Shown: positions 51,972 through 61,867, counted from the first letter of the stretch. The stretch is DNA of 64,000 bases from Syntrophorhabdaceae bacterium (GCA_963665295.1 OY762209.1:384001-448000), one strand, 5' to 3'. Numbers and translations are program-made. The notes: generated by a model not told the origin, from the letters alone.

Positions 51972-52415
51972 TCGATGAGACTCTTTATTGAACAGCAAGA
52001 GAGCTTCAAAAAATCGCCGCGTGGTGTCGGGGTGGGGGCGAACTTTCCCACAACGGGAACAGAAAAACCCATCAATATTCTTGAGCAGGTCCCGCGCGAG
52101 GTCAGCTTTAATAACGGTATAAAAGGAACAGCACGCCGTGTAAAAGCCGACCTCGTTCACCTTGAAATAACGGGCGCGATCCGAAGTAGTGAAACCCCGG
52201 ATCGGAAAATCCTCCCGCGCCATCTGATCGGACGCGATGCGGAGCGCGATCCCCGCCTCCAGGAATCGGGAGGGTGCCGCTCTGCGTCTACGATATCCAC
52301 ACCCGCGGCATACAACATCACTATCTTGCATGTTGGCGCGGTCATTGACAGGACGAACGTCTATCCAGGTCTCTTTGCCACACATCCCGCACCTGAATTT
52401 GAAGAGGGTAAACAT
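51873..52415 (-). CDS. Antisense Zn-ribbon protein (cassette 1)
   Basis: CGMC...CRGC...CC...CSRC; upstream antisense promoter. Confidence 0.55.
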   Translation of the reverse strand: MFTLFKFRCGMCGKETWIDVRPVNDRANMQDSDVVCRGCGYRRRRAAPSRFLEAGIALRIASDQMAREDFPIRGFTTSDRARYFKVNEVGFYTACCSFYTVIKADLARDLLKNIDGFFCSRCGKVRPHPDTTRRFFEALLLFNKESHRLSLNGLTIFSAQPIQYFEWKPIVMGRESAPAK

Positions 52416-52537
52416 TATTCCCTGCCATCCGTTACAGAAAAATTGAATCTGCCGGACACTTTCCGGGCCGAGATGGACGCCTGGAGAAAAGCAGCATGAG
52501 AAACGCGATCGGAAATAAACCTCATTGTCATAGGGTA

Positions 52538-52566
52538 ATTGTATCAAACGTGAAGGGGGTCGTCAA
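52538..52566 (-). promoter_or_regulatory. Antisense sigma-70 promoter within the early operon
   Basis: TTGACG-17-TACAAT with TG extension. Confidence 0.75.
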
Positions 52567-53039
52567 TGTCAAAACGAAAGCCGGTAATTGACGAGAGACA
52601 GGGGGTCCTCGACTTTATGAAACCGCAAAAAGTAGACACGCACGGTCTCGGGATCAGGATCAGGCAGGCCATGAGTGAGGCTATCAGAAAGTCAGGCATG
52701 GACCGCAAGGACATATGCACCGAGATATACAAGCGGACAGGGCTCGACTTCACGAAGGCGAGCCTCGATGAATGGACGGCCGAATGCAGAGACAGGTCGT
52801 GCTGCAACGTGAGCGAGGACACAAAACGGAGTTGGGGTATACCCGGAGAGGTAATCCCCGCGTTTTGCGATGTCACCGGAGACTATGAAATCCTCTATCT
52901 GATCAGCGGCGCGGCGAACCACAAGGCCATGCGAGGAAAAGAGGTGGTGCACGCGAAGATCGGGCAGCTTAAAGAGAAGATCACCCGGGATCAGCAGGAA
53001 CTCAAGGAACTCGAAAAAGCACTACTGGAGGGAAAATGA
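52566..53039 (+). CDS. Phage regulatory-type protein (HTH-like, coiled-coil end)
   Basis: MSEAIRKSG.DR..I...FTKASLDEWTAE...IPAFCDVTGD. Confidence 0.65.
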   Translation: MSKRKPVIDERQGVLDFMKPQKVDTHGLGIRIRQAMSEAIRKSGMDRKDICTEIYKRTGLDFTKASLDEWTAECRDRSCCNVSEDTKRSWGIPGEVIPAFCDVTGDYEILYLISGAANHKAMRGKEVVHAKIGQLKEKITRDQQELKELEKALLEGK

Positions 53040-53197
53040 AGACAAACGAATGCACCCTGCTCAGATCGAGAACAGAAAATGACGTTTATGCAGTTTTAAT
53101 TGATGCCATGGCCGCCCCGGCAGCGTGGTTTTCATGCCTGCACTGCGCTATGCAATGGGCTATTGAAAGGGCACCTTCAGGCTATAAAATAGCCCGG

Positions 53198-53386
53198 CTA
53201 GTGGACCCCCAACTTATCGGCGATCTTCTTGACAAAATTGCCGATGTTGAAATAGTCCATGGCTCCCACAACGCCCCCACAGGAGGAGCACTGTACAAAC
53301 ATGAGCTTGAAGTTTGAGTGTGCGGGGGTGACTTCTTTAATTTCAAAACTGGTGCTGCCGCATTTGAGGCACGTTGAAGTTGCCAT
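53198..53386 (-). CDS. Antisense small Zn-ribbon protein (cassette 2)
   Basis: AAGGAG RBS; CLKC...CSSC. Confidence 0.7.
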   Translation of the reverse strand: MATSTCLKCGSTSFEIKEVTPAHSNFKLMFVQCSSCGGVVGAMDYFNIGNFVKKIADKLGVH

Positions 53387-53523
53387 AAATAAACGCTCCT
53401 TTTTTAAGAGTAATTTTATCCACTATATCACACACAACCGGGGAATAGAACAATGAAAGAGTGGCATACGGCAAAGGATCAGCACGAACTCAAAGAACTC
53501 GAAAAAGCACTACTGGAGGGAAA

Positions 53524-53742
53524 ATGAAGACGAAAAAGACCACAATCTCGATGAGCGGCCACGAAATGGAGAAGGTAAGGAAGGCGTTACGCAAGGTCGA
53601 TCAGGACATTTTTGAATTATGTCTTCAGACGTGGGGCGACAAACCCACAAACAGAACGGCTGATATAGACCTCAATAAACTATTTCAACCCTTAGTCCGA
53701 ACTTTGGAGAAATACACAGACTTAGTTGAGGTCCAGCGGTGA
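53524..53742 (+). CDS. Hypothetical phage protein (cassette 3)
   Basis: GGAGG RBS inside the duplicated segment. Confidence 0.5.
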   Translation: MKTKKTTISMSGHEMEKVRKALRKVDQDIFELCLQTWGDKPTNRTADIDLNKLFQPLVRTLEKYTDLVEVQR

Positions 53743-53981
53743 AACATCTTGTTTATTGTACTCATGGCCTCATTAAAATAGGTGACGTACCATTCGGACT
53801 TGGTAGCTCCTATTTTCCACGAGAAAAGGGCACCGCAGTGGCGGCAAGACTCGTCGGCGTTGGTGAGATAAAGGCTCCCGGGTTTGAGATTTATGGTGCG
53901 GTCGCATACGGGACACTTGGTCTTGACGGTCAATCGGAATTCCCACGAAAAAGCAGCTTCACGAGTCAGTTTCTCGGCCAT
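53685..53981 (-). CDS. Antisense Zn-ribbon protein (cassette 3)
   Basis: AAGGAG RBS; CPVC...CRHC. Confidence 0.65.
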   Translation of the reverse strand: MAEKLTREAAFSWEFRLTVKTKCPVCDRTINLKPGSLYLTNADESCRHCGALFSWKIGATKSEWYVTYFNEAMSTINKMFHRWTSTKSVYFSKVRTKG

Positions 53982-54039
53982 GATTATTCTCCTTGCGCCT
54001 TTCCTTCAACTATATCACACACAATCGGGGAATAGAACC

Positions 54040-56283
54040 ATGAAAGAGTGGCACACGGCAAAGGAAATCGCGGGGATCAACAGCACGCTCGGCATTGAGC
54101 CGGGGACGCCACGGGGAGTTACAAAAAAGGCCCTCTCGGAGCAGTGGTCACCGTCCCGGCCCCGCGCCGGTAGAGGGGGTGGCCGTGAATACCACGTAAA
54201 CGCCCTCCCCGAAGAGACCCGCGTGGCGATCCTCACGGCCGCGATCCCCGAGACGGCCCCCGCCGACTCGTCCGCTCCCCCTGACTCTGAAGCCGTCCTT
54301 GAAGCCTACGCGTCAACCCGCCGGATCACCCTTTCACCCGCCCAGCTTGCCGACCCCGTGATCCAGGCCAAGCTTGCCGTGGCCCGCGCGATAGACGCAT
54401 GTCCCGCGTACATGGGCCGGGAAAAGCTCATAGCCACCCTCGCCGCCAGATACGGCAAATCACCCATGACCATCAGGAGATGGCGAGACGACATCGAGGC
54501 CATGGAAACCAAAACGACGCCCAGAATCACCCTGGGGGAGACGAAGATAGAGCTTCCCCGGTCGAACGCGTTCAGCGACGAAGCCATTGCATACGGCCTG
54601 TCCATATACGCGAAGAACATCCGGGCCGGGGTAAAAGCGGCATACCGGGCCATGGCGGCCCAGGCGGGCTCCCGGCAATGGACCATGGGGGACTATTCGA
54701 GCTTTACCCGGCTCGTCAAGCAGGTGCCCGAAATGGTGTGGATCTATATCCGCAAAGGGCCGACCGGCTTCGAGCTTCAATGCGTCCCCAAGATCATACA
54801 GAAATGGACCGCCGTACCCTGCCAGAGCGTGCTTTGCGGGGATCAGAAGGTCTTTGACTATGAGATATACGACGCGGCCTCATCCCGGATCATCATCCCC
54901 AACGGCTATTTCTGGATGGACTGTTCATCCAGGGCGATCGTCGGCGCGTGGGTCGAGATGGGGCATTACAACAGCTACACCGTGGGCAGCGCCCTCCGGG
55001 AGGCCATGAGGTACGGCATATCCGACGAGATATTCACCGACTGGGGCAAGCCGGAGACCTCAAAGCACCTCGCTCATATGCTCCGGTCCCTTTCCGGCAT
55101 TTCCGTGACGGGAGACTTCGTCGCCATGAACGAGAAATACGGCAACATGGACGAAGTGGAACACCGCAAAGCCCAACCAGGAAAGCCGTGGATGAAACCC
55201 ATTGAAAACGTGATGAATATCCTCGATACCCGCATGTCCGAGAGGTTCCTGGGCGGCTTCAGGAAGCGCAACAACGACGCGTGGGTCAACAAGGTCATAC
55301 AGGCGCGGCTCAAGAAAGACCGGAAAATCACCATGTCGTCAACGCGACCGGCGAGCGCCAGTGAGGCCCGGGGACTCATGAGCGTGGAGCAGTTCGTCCA
55401 GACCGTCTTTTCCGTGGTGCAGGAACACAACAAGTCGCAAAAACAACTCAAGGAAGGGGGCTCTATAATCCCCGAGGATTTTTTTACCGCGGGTATCACC
55501 CGGCAGCCGAAAAAGAAACTTGCGGATCGTACCCTTGATTACATTTTTATGCCCCACAAGGACGTCATGCCCCGGCAGAGCGTGGTCTACCTCCAGGCCC
55601 GCTCCGACGATTACCGGGGATACCGCTCCACGGCCCTCGCCACGATCAAGGAGAAGGTGCGGGTATCCTTCAACCCTTATGACCCCGACGCCGTGGCGGT
55701 AATCACGGACATCAAGTCCGGGGACATCATCGACATAGGCGAACCGTGGCACTCTCAGGACCGTAGCGACCGGGAAGGCACCTCGGCAAAGAGAAAACGT
55801 CAGGCGGAGATCATGCGCTGGGTCGCCGAGAACGCGCGGAGGGTAAAGGAAGCCTTTGACATCAAAATAGAAGACGCCCGGGAGCCGGGCGACGCTGCCC
55901 CCATAGAGGTGATAGGACCCGCCTCGGCGGTGGCCCAGGAAGCCCAAAAAGTGACGCGCCTCTATGAATTGAAAAGAGACAATGACCGCCTCATCGAGAA
56001 GGAACACACGAAGATGGGCCGGGATGGCGTTAAGGACCTCATAGCCGAGATGGAAGACCACGCGTTCCGCGTACCCAAGCAAAGCAAAGAGCGATACCGC
56101 CTGTGGTGCATGCTCGACCTGGACATGAAAAAGGGCGTTCTCCTTTCCGAGGAAGAGGAGGAATTCCACACGCACTACCAGAAAGACACGGAATGGAGGA
56201 TACACCGCGAGAACCATGAAGAATGGGGGACCGACTACATCGACATCAAAATCACGCCTGATGCCCTTCAGGTAGTCAAATAA
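54040..56283 (+). CDS. Mu-like DDE transposase A
   Basis: N-terminal Mu HTH (WHTAKEIAG...GRGGGREYHVNALPEETR), CGD, FTDWGK, KPIE catalytic segments. Confidence 0.9.
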   Translation: MKEWHTAKEIAGINSTLGIEPGTPRGVTKKALSEQWSPSRPRAGRGGGREYHVNALPEETRVAILTAAIPETAPADSSAPPDSEAVLEAYASTRRITLSPAQLADPVIQAKLAVARAIDACPAYMGREKLIATLAARYGKSPMTIRRWRDDIEAMETKTTPRITLGETKIELPRSNAFSDEAIAYGLSIYAKNIRAGVKAAYRAMAAQAGSRQWTMGDYSSFTRLVKQVPEMVWIYIRKGPTGFELQCVPKIIQKWTAVPCQSVLCGDQKVFDYEIYDAASSRIIIPNGYFWMDCSSRAIVGAWVEMGHYNSYTVGSALREAMRYGISDEIFTDWGKPETSKHLAHMLRSLSGISVTGDFVAMNEKYGNMDEVEHRKAQPGKPWMKPIENVMNILDTRMSERFLGGFRKRNNDAWVNKVIQARLKKDRKITMSSTRPASASEARGLMSVEQFVQTVFSVVQEHNKSQKQLKEGGSIIPEDFFTAGITRQPKKKLADRTLDYIFMPHKDVMPRQSVVYLQARSDDYRGYRSTALATIKEKVRVSFNPYDPDAVAVITDIKSGDIIDIGEPWHSQDRSDREGTSAKRKRQAEIMRWVAENARRVKEAFDIKIEDAREPGDAAPIEVIGPASAVAQEAQKVTRLYELKRDNDRLIEKEHTKMGRDGVKDLIAEMEDHAFRVPKQSKERYRLWCMLDLDMKKGVLLSEEEEEFHTHYQKDTEWRIHRENHEEWGTDYIDIKITPDALQVVK

Positions 56284-56295
56284 AGGAGGTAGTAC

Positions 56296-57045
56296 ATGAC
56301 CGACCAGAAACCCAGCACCATAGCGCCGCTTCAGAGCGTGACGCTATGCAGGAAAGCCATGGAGATCATTGTCAACGCCCATGACAGGCTCGACCACATG
56401 ATCGGCTTTTGCGGCAAGACGGGCACGGGAAAGAGCGTCGCCGCGGGATACACGGCGAACAAATATGACGCCTATTACGTCGAATGCAGATGGACGTGGA
56501 CAAGAAAGGCGTTCCTCGTCAACCTGTGCAAGGCGATAGGCATAATCCCCGAAAAGACGATGTCCGAAATGGTGGACGAAATATGCGCGGCCCTCGTCGC
56601 ATCGGGGAAGCCCCTCATCATCGATGAAATGGACTATGTGGCGGACCACAAATCGGTGGAGATAGTCCGGGACATCTACGAGGGATCGGGGCACACGCCC
56701 ATCCTCCTCATAGGAGAAGAGGAACTCCCGAGAAAGCTCGCCTCCTGGAAGCAGTTCAACGGCAGGATTATCGACTGGATACACACCACTATGGGCTCGG
56801 CCGATGACGCGAAGGTCTTAAGCCGCATTTACTGCCGGAAAGGGGTGGTGATCCAGGACGACCTCCTTGAGGATATGACTGCCGCCGTGGACGGGCTTAT
56901 CCGCTACATGTGCAACAACCTCGTCCGGATCGAGGAAGAAACCCTTGCCATGGGCAAGCAGGAAGTGGACCTTTCCCTGTGGCGCAAATGGGGCAAGGGC
57001 TACCTCACCGGAGGGATGAGGATCACCCAGCGAGGCTCGCGATGA
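56296..57045 (+). CDS. MuB-like AAA+ transposition ATPase
   Basis: GKTGTGKS, LIIDEMD, RDIYE, LIGEE. Confidence 0.9.
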   Translation: MTDQKPSTIAPLQSVTLCRKAMEIIVNAHDRLDHMIGFCGKTGTGKSVAAGYTANKYDAYYVECRWTWTRKAFLVNLCKAIGIIPEKTMSEMVDEICAALVASGKPLIIDEMDYVADHKSVEIVRDIYEGSGHTPILLIGEEELPRKLASWKQFNGRIIDWIHTTMGSADDAKVLSRIYCRKGVVIQDDLLEDMTAAVDGLIRYMCNNLVRIEEETLAMGKQEVDLSLWRKWGKGYLTGGMRITQRGSR

Positions 57046-57650
57046 GGGAGCCCGTGGACACCACAAAGCCCATGGGTACCAGGGACGATCTATGGAAGCT
57101 GATCCGCGCCATGAAGACCTTCACCGTCCCGGAGCTTCGGGAAGCGGTACATATGGACGCGACCACCATCGACCTCTACGTGAGGAGCCTCGTGAAGGCA
57201 GGATACCTCGAAAGGATCGATATATCCGGGGGCGCGGCCAAGGAAATAGGAAGAACAAGATACAGGTACACGCTGCTGAAAGACGCCCTTGAGGCCCCGA
57301 GGATACGGAAGGACGGTTCCCCCGTCACCCAGGGGAGGGGGAGGCTCAATATGTGGCGGTCCATGAAAGTGCTCAAGCGCTTCGGCCTTGCCGACATCGT
57401 CGCATGCTCCTCGACGGAGGAACACCCGGTCGCGTGGGAAGAGGCCGAGACGTACCTTAGATACCTACTGAAAGCCGGGTACCTGAAACAATTGACCAAG
57501 ACATCGGTGGAAAAGGCCGTATATGCCCTGGTACGGTGGACCGGTCCCAAAGCGCCCATGATCCAGCGGATCAGGCAGGTGTGGGACCCCAACCTCAAAA
57601 AGGTGACATGGCGCACGGCCCAGGACGATATCAGGGGGGAAACACGGTGA
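57042..57650 (+). CDS. Tandem winged-helix phage protein following MuB
   Basis: Two Y...L.KAGYL helices; TGPKAPMIQR...DPN tail. Confidence 0.7.
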   Translation: MREPVDTTKPMGTRDDLWKLIRAMKTFTVPELREAVHMDATTIDLYVRSLVKAGYLERIDISGGAAKEIGRTRYRYTLLKDALEAPRIRKDGSPVTQGRGRLNMWRSMKVLKRFGLADIVACSSTEEHPVAWEEAETYLRYLLKAGYLKQLTKTSVEKAVYALVRWTGPKAPMIQRIRQVWDPNLKKVTWRTAQDDIRGETR

Positions 57651-57988
57651 GCGCGGACCCGAGAATGGAATTGTTACAACAGATGGTTGAAACGCTCGGA
57701 TTACAGGAGGTGGCCGAGCAGATAGGAAAATCGAAATCCGCCTTGTGTCATGTGGTAAACGGCACATACCGGGGACGCCCGGACAGAATACTCCTCGCGG
57801 TGGAACAAAGGTACTCGCAACGGACCGTTGAATGTCCGGTCATGGGGGATATCACCCTCTCCAGGTGTGTGGAGGAAAGGAACCGCCCCTTCGCGGCGGT
57901 AAACCCCATAAGAGTGAGGCTCGCGAGGACATGCCCGAAGTGCGAGCGGGGAGCGGTGAAAAACGTAAGAGAGGAGAGGAAAATATGA
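57647..57988 (+). CDS. XRE-HTH phage protein with Cys-rich tail
   Basis: EVAEQIGKSKSALCHVVNGTY...CPVMG...C...CPKC. Confidence 0.7.
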   Translation: MSADPRMELLQQMVETLGLQEVAEQIGKSKSALCHVVNGTYRGRPDRILLAVEQRYSQRTVECPVMGDITLSRCVEERNRPFAAVNPIRVRLARTCPKCERGAVKNVREERKI

Positions 57989-58227
57989 AAACACACGAAC
58001 CAAGCAACGTTGTAACGTGCGTCACGTGCGACCATCGGCCGGAATTTGATATATCGGAGACTTTAGAAGGCCTGAGAACCCACTTGACCGAGGTCCACCA
58101 CGTAACCTACCTAACGGGCACTAAAAAGATGGTCATGCATCGTGACGGCCAGGGTTTCTACGAAACGCTCTATGAGGGAGAGATACAGGGGATCAAGCTC
58201 GAACGCCGCGTGGCGGGGAGGAAATAG
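57985..58227 (+). CDS. Hypothetical phage protein
   Basis: GAGG RBS; CxxC...HxxxxH. Confidence 0.55.
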   Translation: MKTHEPSNVVTCVTCDHRPEFDISETLEGLRTHLTEVHHVTYLTGTKKMVMHRDGQGFYETLYEGEIQGIKLERRVAGRK

Positions 58228-58229
58228 CG

Positions 58230-58727
58230 ATGCAGCATAGGCAGATGAACCAGATCATCAGGGATTCAAAGCCGCCCACCGAGCCTGTGGAAACGCCCTG
58301 GACAGGAGGCGAGGAGTTGAAATACTTCTGGGCGCTGGCGAACAATGTCTTCGGACGGGAACACGCATCCGCAAGGGTTTATGACATCATCGGGTACCGG
58401 TTCAAGAAGGCAAAACTGCACGAGATTTCCCGGAGCGACTTTCTCGACCTCCTCGTGGAGTTCCGGCTCGCGGCCTCGGGCGAGGGGGAACTGGAAAAAG
58501 TCCTCAAGAAGCTCGGCGAACAGGGCGGGAAAATAAGGTGGCTCCAGCGCCGCCTCGCGTGGACGGATTATCACCTCGTGAAATACATCCTCTGGCACGG
58601 AAAAAAGACGGACCGAAAGATTGACAACATCAACTGGCTCATAGGCTCGGACAAGGCGAGAGGGATCATCACGGGAATGTCAATCATCCTCAAAAACGGA
58701 GGGACGAAGAATGGCAGAACAAAATAA
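58230..58727 (+). CDS. GemA/DUF1018-like phage protein
   Basis: WLQRRLAW...L..YI...INWL...KARGIITGM pattern; Mu context. Confidence 0.45.
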   Translation: MQHRQMNQIIRDSKPPTEPVETPWTGGEELKYFWALANNVFGREHASARVYDIIGYRFKKAKLHEISRSDFLDLLVEFRLAASGEGELEKVLKKLGEQGGKIRWLQRRLAWTDYHLVKYILWHGKKTDRKIDNINWLIGSDKARGIITGMSIILKNGGTKNGRTK

Positions 58728-59001
58728 GGAGCGAAAGGATTTCGCGCGGATCGTGCGGGCGAGTAACGGCCAGCAGGTGTTGTTCTTCGTGGACAATGAC
58801 GCTGAGGAGGAATGCGACGTACTGCATCAAATCGCGCACTTCGACGGGTTTTCGGTGGATATGAAAATGCAAGCCACGGAAAAAGGAACCGAAAAAGGGT
58901 CGGCTTACAAATGGCTCGAAGAGGTAGATGTGAAATGGGCGGACGCCCTTATCCGCGAAGTGGAAACGATGATGGGCCTCCAGGCCGCATACACGAGGTA
59001 A
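58711..59001 (+). CDS. Hypothetical phage protein
   Basis: GGAGG RBS; co-oriented. Confidence 0.6.
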   Translation: MAEQNKERKDFARIVRASNGQQVLFFVDNDAEEECDVLHQIAHFDGFSVDMKMQATEKGTEKGSAYKWLEEVDVKWADALIREVETMMGLQAAYTR

Positions 59002-59794
59002 CCACGATGATGCGGCGGTGGATGGGGACGGAAAAGACAGTCGAGGGGCAGGTGCCGGGAAGCACGCGACAGGCGTGTGACGGCGAGCGCGATCCGGAGA
59101 TCAGCGGATACCTGAAGGTACAATGCAAGGCATTGGGGGCGCGGATCAGTGTTGAGGGTTGCATCAGGCAGGGAGTCAAAGAGCCCGCGAAGTGCGGCGG
59201 ATGCCGGGTTAACTGGTGAAAGGAGGATGGGTCATGAAGGTCTTGACGGTGCTGGCAATAATCCTGATTCTCCCGGCGGTCATCGCCGGGACTCTGGCCG
59301 CGTGCTGTGTGGGCGGGGAAAAGTGTTTTCGGAAGGGGGGAATATGAACGGGATAGAGATTTATGCATGGGGAGACCCACGGGAGAGGGAATGGAGACTC
59401 AGGACCATAGCCGCCGCGATCGTCGCGGCGTCGGTGGTCGGCGCGGCCCTGGGCTACGCCTGGGCGTGGATGCAGGGGGTGTGCGGGTGAGAGACGAGAC
59501 GCGGCGATGCCTGGAGGAGCGGTATTGCTCCGCCAAAGCATGCAACGACGGGAAATCCCCCCGATGCCGGTATTACCGGCCCGCCAAAAGATACAAGGCG
59601 TTCGGATGGGATGTTACGGTCCGGTTTGCAGACGGGCATGAGGAGATGTACCACTGGAGAGGCTGTACGGAGGCGGACGCCCGACGGAAGGGGCTCCTCA
59701 AGAGCCATGCGCGGGAAATAGTGAGGGTGGAAGCCCTTGACGAGGAAACATGGATCAGGGCCTACGGCATAGGCTCTATGTGAAAGGAGGAAAC

Positions 59795-60331
59795 ATGACG
59801 ACATTGACGGACATTGAAAAGGGAGCGAAAGAATACGCGGACTCACGGGACCGGTTGGGGGCTACGCTGAAAGACCTCAACGACAAGATCGAAAACCTTA
59901 AACGACAGTATCTGCCGGGGATCAAGCTCCAGGTGAGGATCGCCGCAGAGAAAAAATTGAGTCTCAAGAATATGATCGAGGCGGCGAGGAACCTGTTCAC
60001 AAAGCCCCGCACGGTCATTATCCACGGGGTCAAGGTGGGACTCAAGAAGTCAAAGGGTAAGATCGTGTGGCCCAAAGAAAAGACCGAAGCGATAGTCAAA
60101 CTCATTGAGAAGCACTTCCCCGACAAAGCGGACATCCTGGTCGTGACAACGAAGAAACCGGACAAAAAGGCCCTCGCCCGGCTCACCGCGGCGGACCTCA
60201 AAAAACTCGGCATCGAGGTAAATGACACGGGGGACGCGGCGGTGATCGAACCTACTGACTCGGACGTGGAGAAGTGGATGGATAGGCTGTTGAAAGAAAA
60301 AGAACAAGACGCGGAAGAGGAGGCTGCATAA
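59795..60331 (+). CDS. Gam-like host-nuclease inhibitor
   Basis: Coiled-coil N-terminus, LFTKPRT..IHGVKVG.KK..G; AAGGAGG RBS; Mu context. Confidence 0.7.
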   Translation: MTTLTDIEKGAKEYADSRDRLGATLKDLNDKIENLKRQYLPGIKLQVRIAAEKKLSLKNMIEAARNLFTKPRTVIIHGVKVGLKKSKGKIVWPKEKTEAIVKLIEKHFPDKADILVVTTKKPDKKALARLTAADLKKLGIEVNDTGDAAVIEPTDSDVEKWMDRLLKEKEQDAEEEAA

Positions 60332-61242
60332 TGCCGCGCATTCAATACAGGGAAATCAATTTCGGGCCGGAGCGCATGGGCATTATCAAGAAGGTAAATG
60401 CCCTCATTGAGGATTACCGGGCGCAGGGGTATAACCTCACCCTCAGACAACTGTACTACCAGTTTGTTGCCCGCGCATGGATCGCGAACAAACAGCAGGA
60501 ATACAAGCGCCTCGGCGATATAGTCAACGACGGACGGGTAGCCGGGCTTATCGACTGGTATGCCATAGAAGACCGGACCCGCAATCTCAGCGGCAATTCT
60601 CACTGGAATGACCCGACGCAGATCATCGATGCGGCCGCGCGGTCCTTTCAGATCGACAAATGGACCAACCAGTTCTTCCGCATAGAAGTATGGGTCGAAA
60701 AGGACGCCTTGGAGGGTGTGGTAGGGCAAGCGGCCCGGGCCCTGGACATAAACTATTTTTCGTGCCGTGGCTATACCTCCCAAACTTCGATGTGGGATGC
60801 GGGGCAGCGGCTTAAAGGCTATGTGAGCCGGGGCCAAACGGTGGTTATCCTTCACCTGGGAGACCACGATCCGAGCGGAATAGACATGAGCCGGGACATC
60901 CAGGAAAGGTTAAGCCTCTTCATGGGAGACAAGTCCTGGGGTCTCAAATTCCAAAGAATAGCCCTTAACGAGGATCAGGTAAGAAAGTACAATCCCCCGC
61001 CAAACCCCGCGAAAGTGACGGATTCCCGTTATGAGGGCTATAGGGCGAAATACGGCGAGGAAAGCTGGGAGCTTGACGCGTTGGAGCCCAAGGTTATCAC
61101 GCGGCTCATTCAAAACGCGGTCCGAAACTACCGGGACGGGGATAAATACGCGGCAAAAGCGGAAGAGGAGCGGTCGCATCGGTCTCTCTTGACGACAGCC
61201 GCAAAACGATGGGGCGACGTGGCCGCCTATTTGACGAAGTAA
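60331..61242 (+). CDS. Winged-helix plus TOPRIM protein (topoisomerase VI A/Spo11-like)
   Basis: TLRQLYYQ, VWVEKDAL, RGYTS, GDHDPSG, ELDAL. Confidence 0.8.
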   Translation: MPRIQYREINFGPERMGIIKKVNALIEDYRAQGYNLTLRQLYYQFVARAWIANKQQEYKRLGDIVNDGRVAGLIDWYAIEDRTRNLSGNSHWNDPTQIIDAAARSFQIDKWTNQFFRIEVWVEKDALEGVVGQAARALDINYFSCRGYTSQTSMWDAGQRLKGYVSRGQTVVILHLGDHDPSGIDMSRDIQERLSLFMGDKSWGLKFQRIALNEDQVRKYNPPPNPAKVTDSRYEGYRAKYGEESWELDALEPKVITRLIQNAVRNYRDGDKYAAKAEEERSHRSLLTTAAKRWGDVAAYLTK

Positions 61243-61516
61243 AGGAGGAACCGGTGGCCGGGAAGAGAAAAAAGAACAAGAGTGCAAATGTTACGGCCGT
61301 GATTTACGACGGGCAAGAGGAAATCTACTATGACTGCATTAGCTCCGGCCGGTGCTCCTTTGCGCTGTTTCCCATCATGCCCCCTGCCGAGAGCGATGAA
61401 TGCACGTACAAAGGAGACGGAACATGCATGAGTCGGGACGCGCGAAGGGCGGCCCTGGAGGTTCTGCATAGCACTATCACGGCCCTGCTTAAAGAAAACG
61501 ACGAGGAGGATCAAGG

Positions 61517-61741
61517 ATGAGTGTACATGACGACGGCATAGGGCCTACCCATCAGGTTCCCAGCGGAAAACTTTACAAGGGGGATCAGGGCGGGCTGCAA
61601 TACGCGGTAGGCGCGGACCTTGCGAAAAACCGGGTGGTGGTGCAATTCGGGACGCCCGTTGCATGGCTGGGCCTCACAAAAGAACAGACAATCAGGCTCG
61701 CCCAGGGGCTTCTGGAAAAGGCGGGAGAACTCACGGATTAA
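61517..61741 (+). CDS. Hypothetical phage protein
   Basis: Co-oriented ORF, ATGA overlap with the upstream ORF. Confidence 0.6.
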   Translation: MSVHDDGIGPTHQVPSGKLYKGDQGGLQYAVGADLAKNRVVVQFGTPVAWLGLTKEQTIRLAQGLLEKAGELTD

Positions 61742-61742
61742 A

Positions 61743-61807
61743 GGCCGAAACCATTTTCGCGGGATCGCGAAGATGGTCCGCCCGTCATGCGGGCGCTGAC
61801 GATGGCC
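61743..61807 (+). ncRNA. Type II hammerhead ribozyme
   Basis: GGCC-GAAA-[stem III CCATTTTCGCG/GGAT/CGCGAAGATGG]-UC-[stem I CGCCCG/TCATG/CGGGCG]-CUGACGA-U-GGCC; complete core; cleavage predicted after C61778. Confidence 0.88.
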
Positions 61808-61867
61808 GTCAGGGAATGGAATAGTTTTTGGAATAATTTTACCGCTATTTTACGCAAAGGAGGACGG

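Noticed and set aside
59776..60867. 363-aa minus-strand ORF
   Set aside because: Shadow of the gam-like and TOPRIM genes
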